Of a stretch of 64,000 nt of DNA, positions 18,200-27,197 are shown in pieces (the stretch's first letter is position 1; every line of letters starts with the position of its first letter). The stretch spans positions 27,320 through 91,319 of the forward strand of contig VMHB01000002.1 of the NCBI GenBank assembly GCA_007378985.1. The letters are read 5' to 3'. The DNA is from Parcubacteria group bacterium Greene0714_7 (GTDB lineage: Bacteria; Patescibacteriota; Minisyncoccia; Phycocordibacterales; Phycocordibacteraceae). A model generated the notes under the pieces. The model was not told the DNA's origin and did no database searches. It saw nothing but the letters and a program-made list of their open reading frames with translations. Made by a program: the position numbers and the translations under genes.

Positions 18200-19471
18200 T
18201 TAATATTCTCGTAAAGAAATTTGTGCTCCAATCTTACGCACCAAATCCAAGACGACTGATACAACAATGAGGAGCGCTGTGCCTCCGATGGCAAGCGTAC
18301 TTAAACCCGTGAGAGATTGCATGATGAGCGGGAGAACGGCAACAACACCAAGAAACAACGCGCCAACCATAGTAATGCGAGTAATGACGGTGCCAAGATA
18401 CTCTGCCGTTTGTACTCCTGGACGTACTCCTGGCACAAACGCTCCGTTCTTTTGAAGATTAGTTGCAAGCATGTTTGGATCAAAAGTAACTGCTGTGTAG
18501 AAATAGGTGAAAAGAAATACGAGGAGGAAATAAAACACGGCGTAAATTACTGCACCGCCACTCCACGAAAGGAGTGCACTTGCGATACTAGCAAGCCACA
18601 CCACAGAAGACTTTGCTGCAAAATTCAAAAGAAGCTGTGGGAACAGGAGGATAGAGAGAGCGAAGATGATAGGAATAACACCTGCCTGATTTAAACGAAG
18701 TGGTAGGTACGTAGAGACACCGCCGTACATTTTGTTACCGCGCACTCTCTTTGCGTATGTCACAGGAACTGGCCTCTCTGCCTCAGTCATGACAACAACT
18801 CCGTAGATAATCACCAAAGCTGCAACAACAAAGCCCATATAGAGAGGAATTTGCGCAGGATTAAATGAGAACAAAAGCTGTGCAAAATTCTGAGGAACGC
18901 TCGCAACGATACCTGCAAAAATTATGAGCGAGACACCATTACCGACACCGAACTCAGTCATAAGCTCTCCAATCCACATCAAGAGCACCGAACCTGCAGC
19001 TATGATAAGAACATTCAACATGAACGCCATAAGTGGAAGCTGGTCAACAATTCCCTGACTCTGGAAAAGAGCGAGGTACGCATATCCTTGAATGAATGCG
19101 AGCGGAATCGAAAGAAGACGTGAGTACTGACTAAACTTCTTGCGCCCTTGGTCGCCCTCTTCTTGGTACATCTCCTTCAGCTTTGGGAACATGATAGTAA
19201 GAACCTGCATGATGATAGATGCAGTGATGTATGGCGCTACGCCGAGCATGACTATTGAAAGATTGGAGAGTCCGCCTCCTGAGAAAATGTTGAGAAGACC
19301 AAGGAATTGGTTACTTGAAAAGAATTGCGAGAGACGTACAGGATCAATCCCTGGGATTGGTATCGTCGCGAGAAGTCTGAATACGGCAAGTGCCACAATA
19401 ACAAACCCAATACGCTTGAGAAGCATACCGTCACTCAGAATGAGTTTGAGTTTTGCAAAGAATCCAGACAT
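18200..19471 (-). CDS. secY: Preprotein translocase subunit SecY
   Basis: 423-aa, 10-TM protein with conserved SecY features, downstream of rplO. Confidence 0.95.
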   Translation of the reverse strand: MSGFFAKLKLILSDGMLLKRIGFVIVALAVFRLLATIPIPGIDPVRLSQFFSSNQFLGLLNIFSGGGLSNLSIVMLGVAPYITASIIMQVLTIMFPKLKEMYQEEGDQGRKKFSQYSRLLSIPLAFIQGYAYLALFQSQGIVDQLPLMAFMLNVLIIAAGSVLLMWIGELMTEFGVGNGVSLIIFAGIVASVPQNFAQLLFSFNPAQIPLYMGFVVAALVIIYGVVVMTEAERPVPVTYAKRVRGNKMYGGVSTYLPLRLNQAGVIPIIFALSILLFPQLLLNFAAKSSVVWLASIASALLSWSGGAVIYAVFYFLLVFLFTYFYTAVTFDPNMLATNLQKNGAFVPGVRPGVQTAEYLGTVITRITMVGALFLGVVAVLPLIMQSLTGLSTLAIGGTALLIVVSVVLDLVRKIGAQISLREY

Positions 19472-19483
19472 GGTAACCAGTGT

Positions 19484-19993
19484 TTAGCTTTTAGCTTTTA
19501 GCGAAGAGACAGCTTTCTTAGAAGGCATAACCTTTCTTGAAACAGGAGCGCGGACAGCACCTCCTGCTTTCTCAATTGTAGCCCGTGCTACTTCAGAGAT
19601 GAAAACATCCTCAAAAGAGAGCTTAACGGTGAGTTCACCTCGCGCAAGAACCTTGATTGGAGGAACCTTACCGGAAATGCGTCGTACAACCCCAGCCTTT
19701 ACGAGCGCGATAGGTGTAACAACATCCCCTGCCTTAAATTGCCTTGAGAGCGTATCAAAGTTCACGGTAGCAAATCTCACGCGAGGTACTGCTGTGCGAG
19801 AACGGTTTCTGCCATATCCACGGCGTTTTGGAATCTTCTTGATGATGTCACGCCATTCTGGGCGGAACTTTGCACCAGCACGGGAATTCTGACCTTTACC
19901 ACCACGACCCGATGTCTTACCTCGTTTTCCCCCACGACCAACACGACGGGTCGCCTTATTGCTCTTTGAACGTGTAAGTGTGTGAAGTTCCAT
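19484..19993 (-). CDS. rplO: 50S ribosomal protein L15 (with C-terminal extension)
   Basis: RRVGRGGKRGKTSGRGGKGQNSRAG signature. Confidence 0.9.
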   Translation of the reverse strand: MELHTLTRSKSNKATRRVGRGGKRGKTSGRGGKGQNSRAGAKFRPEWRDIIKKIPKRRGYGRNRSRTAVPRVRFATVNFDTLSRQFKAGDVVTPIALVKAGVVRRISGKVPPIKVLARGELTVKLSFEDVFISEVARATIEKAGGAVRAPVSRKVMPSKKAVSSLKAKS

Positions 19994-19994
19994 A

Positions 19995-20612
19995 TTATTT
20001 CTTTAGACTTGAAAGCGCCTTAATGGTTGCCCTCGCAATGTTGAGTTTATTTTTAGATGGTGACAATACTTTTGCAGTCACATCTTTAATTCCTGCAAGC
20101 TCCAAAACAATTTTAACTGCAGAGCCAGCCACAATACCGCGCTCAGGAGAAGGACGAATTGCAACTATCCCTGAAGATGTCTTTGCCATCACATCGTGTG
20201 CAATGCTCATGGTTTTTGTCATTCTGACAGTAATCATGTTCTTCTTTGCATCGCGGAGTGCTTTTTCAATCGCAAGTGCTGTGTCGCCTCCCTTACCAAT
20301 ACCAATTCCTACACGACCCTTTCTGTCTCCTGCGGCAATAGCTGCAGAGAACGAGAAGCGTCTACCTCCTGCCATAACACGAGCAACGCGACGGATAAGA
20401 ATAGTTCTCTGATCAAATTCAGCTCGTTCACGAGGTTCACGCTTTCGGTCTCCCCCACGAGAAGGCCTACGATCACCACCAGCGCCACCACGAACAGGTC
20501 GGCGCCCACGCGGAGCATTTCTGGGTGCGCGAGGTGCAGGAGCAACAGGAGCCGATGCTGGAGTTGCGTCGGTTGTATTTTCAGATACTGGTGTGTTTTG
20601 TTCGTCGTTCAT
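19995..20612 (-). CDS. rpsE: 30S ribosomal protein S5 (with Pro/Arg-rich N-terminal extension)
   Basis: S5 core (RRFSFSAAIAAGDRKGRVGIGIGKG). It is directly adjacent to rplO with no rpmD between them. Confidence 0.9.
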   Translation of the reverse strand: MNDEQNTPVSENTTDATPASAPVAPAPRAPRNAPRGRRPVRGGAGGDRRPSRGGDRKREPRERAEFDQRTILIRRVARVMAGGRRFSFSAAIAAGDRKGRVGIGIGKGGDTALAIEKALRDAKKNMITVRMTKTMSIAHDVMAKTSSGIVAIRPSPERGIVAGSAVKIVLELAGIKDVTAKVLSPSKNKLNIARATIKALSSLKK

Positions 20613-20633
20613 ATGCTAAATAGTGAAGCTACA

Positions 20634-20990
20634 TTAAAATTCCAACCCTCCAGCTCTCGCAGCTTCTGCAAGCGCTCGAACGCGTCCCGTGTAAGTGAAG
20701 CCTCCTCGATCAAAGACAACCTTCTTTACACCCTTTGAAAGTGCAGCCGCTGCAACCCGTTCACCAACAATTCTTGCATCTTCCATCATAGTCTTGCCCT
20801 TTATATCCATAGACGAAGCGCTTGCCAATGTTTTTTGCGCATCATCATCAATGAGTTGTGCATAGAAATACTTATTCGAACGGAATACAGCAAGACGAGG
20901 GCACGAAGCTGTGCCTTTTACCTTCGCGCGGATACGGCGATGGCGACGAGCACGAAGAGCAGATTGAGTTTTTGGAGTTAATTTAGACAT
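20634..20990 (-). CDS. rplR: 50S ribosomal protein L18
   Basis: [35 protein letters not shown]. Confidence 0.9.
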   Translation of the reverse strand: MSKLTPKTQSALRARRHRRIRAKVKGTASCPRLAVFRSNKYFYAQLIDDDAQKTLASASSMDIKGKTMMEDARIVGERVAAAALSKGVKKVVFDRGGFTYTGRVRALAEAARAGGLEF

Positions 20991-20995
20991 ACAAA

Positions 20996-21532
20996 TTATG
21001 CAGATGCTTTCTTACCTTGTTTACGACGCACATACTCACCATCGTAACGAATCCCCTTACCTTTATATGGCTCAGGTTTCTTCACAGCACGAATAACCGC
21101 AGAAAACTGCCCCACTGCATCTTTATCAATACCACTCACGGTTATTTGATTCTTCTCAACAACAACATCAATGCCCTCAGGAATTGCCAAAATTACTGGG
21201 TGAGAAAATCCAACGAGGAATTTCATATTCCTTCCCTGTACTTCAACGCGGTACCCGATACCTTCGAGGGTTAATTTCTTTTCGTATTTCTTATTTACAC
21301 CAGCAATCATATTCTTGAGGTGAGATGCAAATGTTCCCCAGAGAGATCGTGCGAGCTTTGAAGAGTTCAAAGGCGCAACCGTTACGGCCTCACCTTCAAC
21401 AGTCACCGATACCATCGAGTGTACTGGTCGTGTTATTACGCCCAAAGGACCCTTCACGGTCAACACGCCCTCAACAACTGAGATGTGCGTATTTGCTGGA
21501 ATAGTTATTGGATTTTTACCGATGCGTGACAT
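20996..21532 (-). CDS. rplF: 50S ribosomal protein L6
   Basis: [12 protein letters not shown]..., 178 aa, in r-protein order. Confidence 0.9.
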   Translation of the reverse strand: MSRIGKNPITIPANTHISVVEGVLTVKGPLGVITRPVHSMVSVTVEGEAVTVAPLNSSKLARSLWGTFASHLKNMIAGVNKKYEKKLTLEGIGYRVEVQGRNMKFLVGFSHPVILAIPEGIDVVVEKNQITVSGIDKDAVGQFSAVIRAVKKPEPYKGKGIRYDGEYVRRKQGKKASA

Positions 21533-21559
21533 ATGTATTTTTGTAGTGATCGTATTGGA

Positions 21560-21955
21560 TTACCAGATTTTGAAAAGGGTTTCTCCTCCAAGTCTATTTT
21601 GCCTAGCCTCACGATCAGTGACGATACCTTGTGGTGTAGAAAGAACCATGAGTCCCTTGCCGTATTTCACAGGGAATACTTCACGAGCTTTTGCGTAGAG
21701 GCGGCGACCTGGCTTCGAAATTCTTTTAACGCCATTGATTCTTGGAAGACCGTCGGCTCCGTAGAGCAACTCAACAACGAGAGTCTTGTGAATTCCCGAA
21801 CCTTCTTCAGAAACTTCACCAAGGTACCCTGATTTGCGAAGCGCGAGTGCTACCGCAAGCTTAAGTTTTGAAAATGGCACAGCAACGGATGCTTTGCGCA
21901 CCGCTGTGGCGTTTTTCAAACGAACAATGAAATCTCCAATAGGATCTGTAATCAT
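21560..21955 (-). CDS. rpsH: 30S ribosomal protein S8
   Basis: MITDPIGDFIVRLKNA... Confidence 0.95.
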   Translation of the reverse strand: MITDPIGDFIVRLKNATAVRKASVAVPFSKLKLAVALALRKSGYLGEVSEEGSGIHKTLVVELLYGADGLPRINGVKRISKPGRRLYAKAREVFPVKYGKGLMVLSTPQGIVTDREARQNRLGGETLFKIW

Positions 21956-21979
21956 GATGAAATTATTGCTGTGGCTGAA

Positions 21980-22249
21980 TTACCAAGAAGACTTCTTAAC
22001 ACCTGGGATCTCCCCTCGGCGTGCCATTTCACGAAACTGAATACGAGAAAGACCGAAATGACGCATATATCCCTGACCACGGCCAGTAACTGCGCAACGA
22101 TTCTTCACACGAATTGGTGAAGCATCTTTAGGAAGCTTTTGAAGACCTTCCCAATCTCCTGCCTCTTTCAAGGTAGCGCGCTTCACAGCAAAACGAGCGA
22201 CCGTCTTGATACGCTTAGAATTACGAGCCAATTGTGATTTTTTTGCCAT
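21980..22249 (-). CDS. rpsN: 30S ribosomal protein S14 (long, non-zinc form)
   Basis: [13 protein letters not shown]...[26 protein letters not shown]. Confidence 0.9.
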   Translation of the reverse strand: MAKKSQLARNSKRIKTVARFAVKRATLKEAGDWEGLQKLPKDASPIRVKNRCAVTGRGQGYMRHFGLSRIQFREMARRGEIPGVKKSSW

Positions 22250-22517
22250 TTCTTAGATTTTATTACTGAGCGAGGCGAAATTAGAAAATCTTAGACCCCA
22301 TCAGTATTTTTGCCACTTTGTTGCATACGACGCGCGTGTCCGAATAGGACATCCCTAGCGGGCGAAGCGCGCCACCGAGGTATCTCACAACCGAAGATGT
22401 GGGACAACCTTCGTCATATATTTTTGCAAAAATACGACGGGGTTTTGTCGCCTTCTTGCACTCCGCCCTTGTGAGGCAAAAAGCGCTTCGAAAAGCTATT
22501 GCTAGGATAGCAAACAA

Positions 22518-22545
22518 AAAGCCCCGAGTCAAAGGGGCTTGGAAT
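22518..22545 (-). terminator. Rho-independent terminator inside the rplE-rpsN gap (minus strand gcccc-tttgactc-ggggc + TTTTTGTTT)
   Basis: GC stem followed on the operon strand by a T-run. Confidence 0.55.
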
Positions 22546-22560
22546 GTCTGTGTTTAGACT

Positions 22561-22725
22561 CTATTTTCTTTTTGAAGTTTTAAGCCGTAAAGGGGTTCTG
22601 TCTGCCTTCATTCCTGGAAGAAACGGCTCCGCAGGGCCGCTATTTTCTAATCCAAGAGTTTTTGCGTGCGCACGCATATCTGCATCAGAAGCCCCAAAAG
22701 AAGTACCTGAATTTTCACGCCCCAT
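22561..22725 (-). CDS. Hypothetical 54-aa small ORF between rplE and rpsN
   Basis: MGRENSGTSFGASDADMRAHAKTLGLENSGPAEPFLPGMKADRTPLRLKTSKRK* is missed by the ORF track's length cutoff. It begins 11 nt after the rplE stop and ends at the terminator. No family recognised. Confidence 0.25.
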   Translation of the reverse strand: MGRENSGTSFGASDADMRAHAKTLGLENSGPAEPFLPGMKADRTPLRLKTSKRK

Positions 22726-22736
22726 AAAAATTGAAA

Positions 22737-23300
22737 TTACACCGCCTCCTGAAGCGGGACACCAATGTGTCGGAAGAATGCCTCTGCCTGCTTTGCATCT
22801 TTTGCTGTAGTCACAATGGTAATAGCAAGACCGAACACATCTTTCAGCTCTTCATCTGAAGTTTCAGGGAAAATAGTGTGCTCTTTAATACCGAGAGTTA
22901 TGTTACCCAAGGAATCAATAGCTTTTGCGGAGAGTCCACGGAAGTCACGAGTACGAGGAAGAGAGATGTGAACAAGTTTGTCCAAGAAGTCATACATGCG
23001 AGCTCCACGGAGTGTTACTTGGTAACCCACAGGATCCCCTTCACGAACCTTGAATGAAGCAACTGATTTCTTTGCGCCACGAACCGCTGCTTTTTGACCG
23101 GTAATCAAAGCAAGCCTGTCTTCAATAACTTCAATTTTCTTTTTATCCTTTATCTTTCCAATACCTGTTGAAATAACCACCTTCACAAGGTGCGGTGCTT
23201 GAAAAACATTCTTGTAACCAAATTCACCCTTGAGGGTTTTGAATGCGCTTTTTGCTTGTGTACGAACTGATTGCATATATTTTTTATACTTCTGAACCAC
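22737..23300 (-). CDS. rplE: 50S ribosomal protein L5
   Basis: FGYKNVFQAPHLVKVVISTGIGK... Confidence 0.9.
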   Translation of the reverse strand: MVQKYKKYMQSVRTQAKSAFKTLKGEFGYKNVFQAPHLVKVVISTGIGKIKDKKKIEVIEDRLALITGQKAAVRGAKKSVASFKVREGDPVGYQVTLRGARMYDFLDKLVHISLPRTRDFRGLSAKAIDSLGNITLGIKEHTIFPETSDEELKDVFGLAITIVTTAKDAKQAEAFFRHIGVPLQEAV

Positions 23301-23586
23301 TCTTAACCGCGACGCGAACTCGCTTATCTCCCTTCATTTTAATCGAAATGCGTGTGCCTTTACCTGATTTTGGATCAACAAGCATTGCATTTGATACATG
23401 AAATGGCATCGACATATCAACAATCTGACCCTTTTTATTACCACGAGGCTTCTGGTGTTTCTTTTTCATATTCAAACCCTCAACAATGATCTTGCTCACT
23501 GCTGGAAGCGCTCTCGTTACCGTACCCGCCTTACCTTTATCCTTACCGGTAATGATGATGACTTTATCTCCTTTTCTTATTTTCAT
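23284..23586 (-). CDS. rplX: 50S ribosomal protein L24
   Basis: MKIRKGDKVIIITGKDKGKAGTV. Confidence 0.95.
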   Translation of the reverse strand: MKIRKGDKVIIITGKDKGKAGTVTRALPAVSKIIVEGLNMKKKHQKPRGNKKGQIVDMSMPFHVSNAMLVDPKSGKGTRISIKMKGDKRVRVAVKSGSEV

Positions 23587-23619
23587 ATTGTTTTTGTTTT
23601 GTCTGCAAATCAGCCGATT

Positions 23620-24000
23620 CTACACAACCTCTGGCGCAAGAGAACCAATCTTCTGATATCCCATGTCGACGATTTCACGAGGGATTGGACCGAAGACACG
23701 ATTTGCCTTTGGTTCAAAAGGATCTTTTGCATTCTTTGAAAGAATAACTACAGCATTATCATCGAAGCGAATGTAGGAACCGTCAACACGACGGAATGTC
23801 TTTCGTTGACGAACTACTACCGCAGTCAACACATCTTTTTTCTTAACCATTTTTCGTGGTTCAGCAGACTGCACAGAAAGCACTACTCTGTCGCCAATCT
23901 GAGCAATGGTTTTTTTAGAGCCACCAAGCACTTTGAAAATGCGTCCAACCTTTCCGCCGGTGTTATCTGCAATTATGACGAGTGATCGATCTTGAATCAT
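23620..24000 (-). CDS. rplN: 50S ribosomal protein L14
   Basis: MIQDRSLVIIADNTGGK... Confidence 0.95.
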   Translation of the reverse strand: MIQDRSLVIIADNTGGKVGRIFKVLGGSKKTIAQIGDRVVLSVQSAEPRKMVKKKDVLTAVVVRQRKTFRRVDGSYIRFDDNAVVILSKNAKDPFEPKANRVFGPIPREIVDMGYQKIGSLAPEVV

Positions 24001-24236
24001 ATAACTATAAAATGCTTATTCTTCGACATTGGGCGACATGGCGCAATTGTGACGCGCTCTCCGTCTTTTTTTGTGTTCCCTGCATCATGCGCAAGATACT
24101 TCTTCGTCTTCTTCACATACTTTTTATACTTTGAATCCTTCACATAGCGATTTACAGCCACCGTTATGGTGTCTTTCATTTTTGTGGATACAACCACGCC
24201 AGTGAGTGTTTTTTGATTTTTTGTGTTTGTTTCCAT
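23997..24236 (-). CDS. rpsQ: 30S ribosomal protein S17
   Basis: KTLTGVVVSTKMKDTITVAVNRYVKDSKYKKYVK. Confidence 0.9.
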   Translation of the reverse strand: METNTKNQKTLTGVVVSTKMKDTITVAVNRYVKDSKYKKYVKKTKKYLAHDAGNTKKDGERVTIAPCRPMSKNKHFIVI

Positions 24237-24241
24237 ATAGA

Positions 24242-24436
24242 TTATGCCTCTCTTTCTGCCATGACTAACTTAATACGCGCGATATCGGCACGAACTGTGC
24301 GAGCCTTGCGGACATTCTTGGTGCGCGATCCCGACATACCAAAACGAAATTCACGAAGCTCAATTTCGAGCTCACCAAGAGCCTTCATAAGCTCACTATC
24401 AGTCTTCTTCCTAACATCTATAGCTTTCATATGCAA
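24242..24436 (-). CDS. rpmC: 50S ribosomal protein L29
   Basis: MKAIDVRKKTDSELMKALGELEIELREFRF. Confidence 0.9.
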   Translation of the reverse strand: MHMKAIDVRKKTDSELMKALGELEIELREFRFGMSGSRTKNVRKARTVRADIARIKLVMAEREA

Positions 24437-24438
24437 AT

Positions 24439-24858
24439 TTAGTGGCGAGCAATTACGGTCGTTTTAACTGACAATTTAGTTGCAGCTTTGCGAAGTGCTT
24501 CTCTCGCAATCGCATCAGTAACACCGTCGATTTCAAAGAGAATTCTGCCTGGCTTTACCTCAACAACAAAACGGTATGGGTCACCCTTACCCTTACCCAT
24601 CGGCAATTCCCCTCCCTTCTTCGTGTCAGGACGGTCAGGAAATACGCGAATCCAGACACGTCCAGTTTTTCCTAGAAGTCGTGCTCCTGCCCTGCGAGCA
24701 GCCTCAAGCTGATTTGATGAAATGCGATCAGAGGTAAGAGCCTTCAACCCATGAGAACCGAAAGCAAGCGTAACACCACGGGTTGCTACCTGCTTCTTTT
24801 TAGGATTAACGCGAGAGCGTTGCCACTTTCTATATTTAACTTTTTTTGGAAACAACAT
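24439..24858 (-). CDS. rplP: 50S ribosomal protein L16
   Basis: MLFPKKVKYRKWQRSR... Confidence 0.95.
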   Translation of the reverse strand: MLFPKKVKYRKWQRSRVNPKKKQVATRGVTLAFGSHGLKALTSDRISSNQLEAARRAGARLLGKTGRVWIRVFPDRPDTKKGGELPMGKGKGDPYRFVVEVKPGRILFEIDGVTDAIAREALRKAATKLSVKTTVIARH

Positions 24859-24864
24859 AAAAAT

Positions 24865-25545
24865 TTATACTTTTGGACGTGACGCATCATCAGCAAAAAT
24901 ATCGCCACGATAAATCCAAACCTTAACGCCGATTTTGCCCAAAGGAAGTTGTGCTGCTATTTGCGCATAATCAATGTCTGCGCGGAATGTCTGAAGAGGA
25001 ATGCGTCCGCGCTTCAATTCTTCAGTGCGTGACATAGAGCCTGAACCGAGCATGCCAGCAACAGCAATACGCACACCCTTCACATCTCTATTAGCCATCA
25101 CCTTATCAATAGTCTGTTTCAAAACACGGCGGAAAGGAAGGCGCTTCTCGAGACTCTCCACCACCATACCTGCAACAATTGCCGCGTTAGATTCAGGAGA
25201 TCGAACTTCAATAACATCAAGATGAAGCGCGGGCACGGATGAAAGCTTCATGCTCTTGAGCATTTGGTGCAAATCCTTTTTCAATTTTGTTGCACCTTCA
25301 CCTGAGCGACCAATAACCATACCTGGGCGTGCTGTATGAATTTGAACTCGCAAATCTTTTTGAGAACGCTCAATTTCAACATGCGACACATAGCTTCCAC
25401 GAAGACGCTTTGTCAAAAATTGACGAATCATTGCATCAGTTCGAATGAATTCACGATTCTTTTTTGCAGAACCAGCAAACCAACGACTCTGCCAATCCCT
25501 AAGGATGCCTAGACGGTGCGCGTATGGATGAACGATTTTTGTCAT
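24865..25545 (-). CDS. rpsC: 30S ribosomal protein S3
   Basis: MTKIVHPYAHRLGILRDWQSRWF; KH domain region present. Confidence 0.95.
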   Translation of the reverse strand: MTKIVHPYAHRLGILRDWQSRWFAGSAKKNREFIRTDAMIRQFLTKRLRGSYVSHVEIERSQKDLRVQIHTARPGMVIGRSGEGATKLKKDLHQMLKSMKLSSVPALHLDVIEVRSPESNAAIVAGMVVESLEKRLPFRRVLKQTIDKVMANRDVKGVRIAVAGMLGSGSMSRTEELKRGRIPLQTFRADIDYAQIAAQLPLGKIGVKVWIYRGDIFADDASRPKV

Positions 25546-25547
25546 AA

Positions 25548-25889
25548 TTATTTTTTCTTCTTTGGCTTTGCTTTCCCTAAAGTCACTGTTATATGGCTCA
25601 TTCTATGGCGAATTGGGGATGAACGACCAAACGCACGAGGCATCGAACGCATAGCAACTAAACCTTTATTGACCGTAATGTTTTGAACAACGAGAGTTCT
25701 TCCGTCTTCACCCTGCTTCTCCGCGTTTGCGACAGCAGAGGAAATGAGTTTAGCCATAGGAGCTGCGGCGCGCTTATCCAAGAACTTTAGTGCAAGGAGT
25801 GCTTCCTCAACACCCTTACCCTTCACAAGCTCAGTAACGAGTCTGGTTTTTCGTGGAGTCTGCTTGTAGTTGGAAAGTGTCGCCTTCAT
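25548..25889 (-). CDS. rplV: 50S ribosomal protein L22
   Basis: MKATLSNYKQTPRKTRLVTELVKGK. Confidence 0.9.
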   Translation of the reverse strand: MKATLSNYKQTPRKTRLVTELVKGKGVEEALLALKFLDKRAAAPMAKLISSAVANAEKQGEDGRTLVVQNITVNKGLVAMRSMPRAFGRSSPIRHRMSHITVTLGKAKPKKKK

Positions 25890-25912
25890 ATGCTGATTCT
25901 AGATATCAAAAA

Positions 25913-26296
25913 TTATTTCTTAGCTCCAGCCTTAGCCTTACCATCAGCAGGTGCCTTGGCTGCTTGAGCTGCTGCAATTTCAGACTCTTTCTTCTTCTGT
26001 TCAAGCTCTTTCTGCATCTTACCTCCGTGACGAGTAAATTTGGTTGTTGATGAAAATTCGCCAAGACGATGTCCTACCATTTCCTCTGTAACAAATACCT
26101 CAGGGAAATCCTTTCCGTTATGAACAAGGAAAACAAAACCAACCATTTCAGGGCTGATTTCAGATGCACGAGCCCACGTCTTAATAGGCGCTGTTGTGGC
26201 AGGCTTCTTGCCTTCAATCTTCTTTAGAAGCTTGTGGGCGACATACGGACCTTTCTTAAGTGAACGAGACATTGTTGTAGTTTTGACCCAAATCAA
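25913..26296 (-). CDS. rpsS: 30S ribosomal protein S19 (with Lys/Ala-rich C-terminal extension)
   Basis: [19 protein letters not shown]...GHRLGEF. Confidence 0.9.
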   Translation of the reverse strand: MIWVKTTTMSRSLKKGPYVAHKLLKKIEGKKPATTAPIKTWARASEISPEMVGFVFLVHNGKDFPEVFVTEEMVGHRLGEFSSTTKFTRHGGKMQKELEQKKKESEIAAAQAAKAPADGKAKAGAKK

Positions 26297-26367
26297 GTGC
26301 GCACTAAGAAAAATGCGCCCTTACGAGCTTTGGGCATACTATCCCAATCACCCACCCACTGTCAATC

Positions 26368-27169
26368 TCATTTGTGCAACCTCCGGAGGTTGCACAAATG
26401 AGACACTAAAGCCAAAATGAAAAAATTACAAAATAATACCTTGGAGCTCTTCGACTAAAAGTTTTTTGCTGGTTGTTTTAACAAAATCGGCGTAATTACT
26501 TTTTGCTGTTATAGCAAACTGCCCCGTGATGATCTCGGGCACAATGAGTCCTCCCCATCGGTTCGCATCAGTAAAATCTTGGAGTGACGACCAAGGATAC
26601 TCGGATTCCCTTCCTGACCATTCTCGTATGTCACTGGGGTTTCTATGAATATAGGCGGATGCATATAAAAGCTGGGAATCTGTTTTTACATGCACCGCTT
26701 TGTACGGACCCTGAAATACATGTCCTGAGGTTTCATACTTAGTATTATAATATTTTGTATATCCGTCAGCTACGCGTTGCATGTAGCGTGCCATTCCTCC
26801 TTCAATGGTTTCTTTGACCAACAAGTGAAAGTGGTTCGACATAAGACAAAAGCACACCACTTCCACAAAACGACCCTCAATGATGGCCTCGATATCTTCG
26901 TTAGGGACAGAAAAACCAATATCCGGAACAAAACTTTCTGTAATCCGATGTATGTTTTTAAATTGATGAGGGGATTGGAGGAATAACACATTAAAAAGGA
27001 ATCGACGCCAGTCCCCTTTTTCTTTAAAAATAGTCTGCCTGTGCGCACCGCGATTGAACACATGGTAGTACTCCCCCGGAGCGATTCCTTCTCGTGACTT
27101 TAGCAATACCTTAGCCATCAACTCAGGCTACCACACCTCTGTGCAACCTCCAGAGGTTGCACAGAGAGG
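26368..27169. mobile_element. IS200/IS605-family (RAYT-like) element: Y1 transposase flanked by matching subterminal hairpin palindromes
   Basis: Left palindrome tcatttgtgcaacctccggaggttgcacaaatga (26368..26401) and right palindrome cctctgtgcaacctccagaggttgcacagagagg (27136..27169) share the core TGTGCAACCTCC/GGAGGTTGCACA. They bracket a HUH/Y1 transposase gene. Confidence 0.75.
26426..27121 (-). CDS. HUH Y1 (IS200-like / REP-associated tyrosine) transposase
   Basis: YYHVFNRGAHRQTIF, HUH motif CLMSNHFHLLVK, and Tyr-containing YKAVHV...YIHRNPS. Longer (231 aa) than classic IS200 TnpA. Confidence 0.75.
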   Translation of the reverse strand: MMAKVLLKSREGIAPGEYYHVFNRGAHRQTIFKEKGDWRRFLFNVLFLQSPHQFKNIHRITESFVPDIGFSVPNEDIEAIIEGRFVEVVCFCLMSNHFHLLVKETIEGGMARYMQRVADGYTKYYNTKYETSGHVFQGPYKAVHVKTDSQLLYASAYIHRNPSDIREWSGRESEYPWSSLQDFTDANRWGGLIVPEIITGQFAITAKSNYADFVKTTSKKLLVEELQGIIL

Positions 27170-27197
27170 ATTTTAAAAACAAAAATCCTCCTTCGGA

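Noticed and set aside
22281-22532. 83-aa minus-strand ORF between rplE and rpsN
   Set aside because: Its start lies inside the terminator hairpin at 22518..22545 and it has no recognisable features. The region is more likely non-coding leader.
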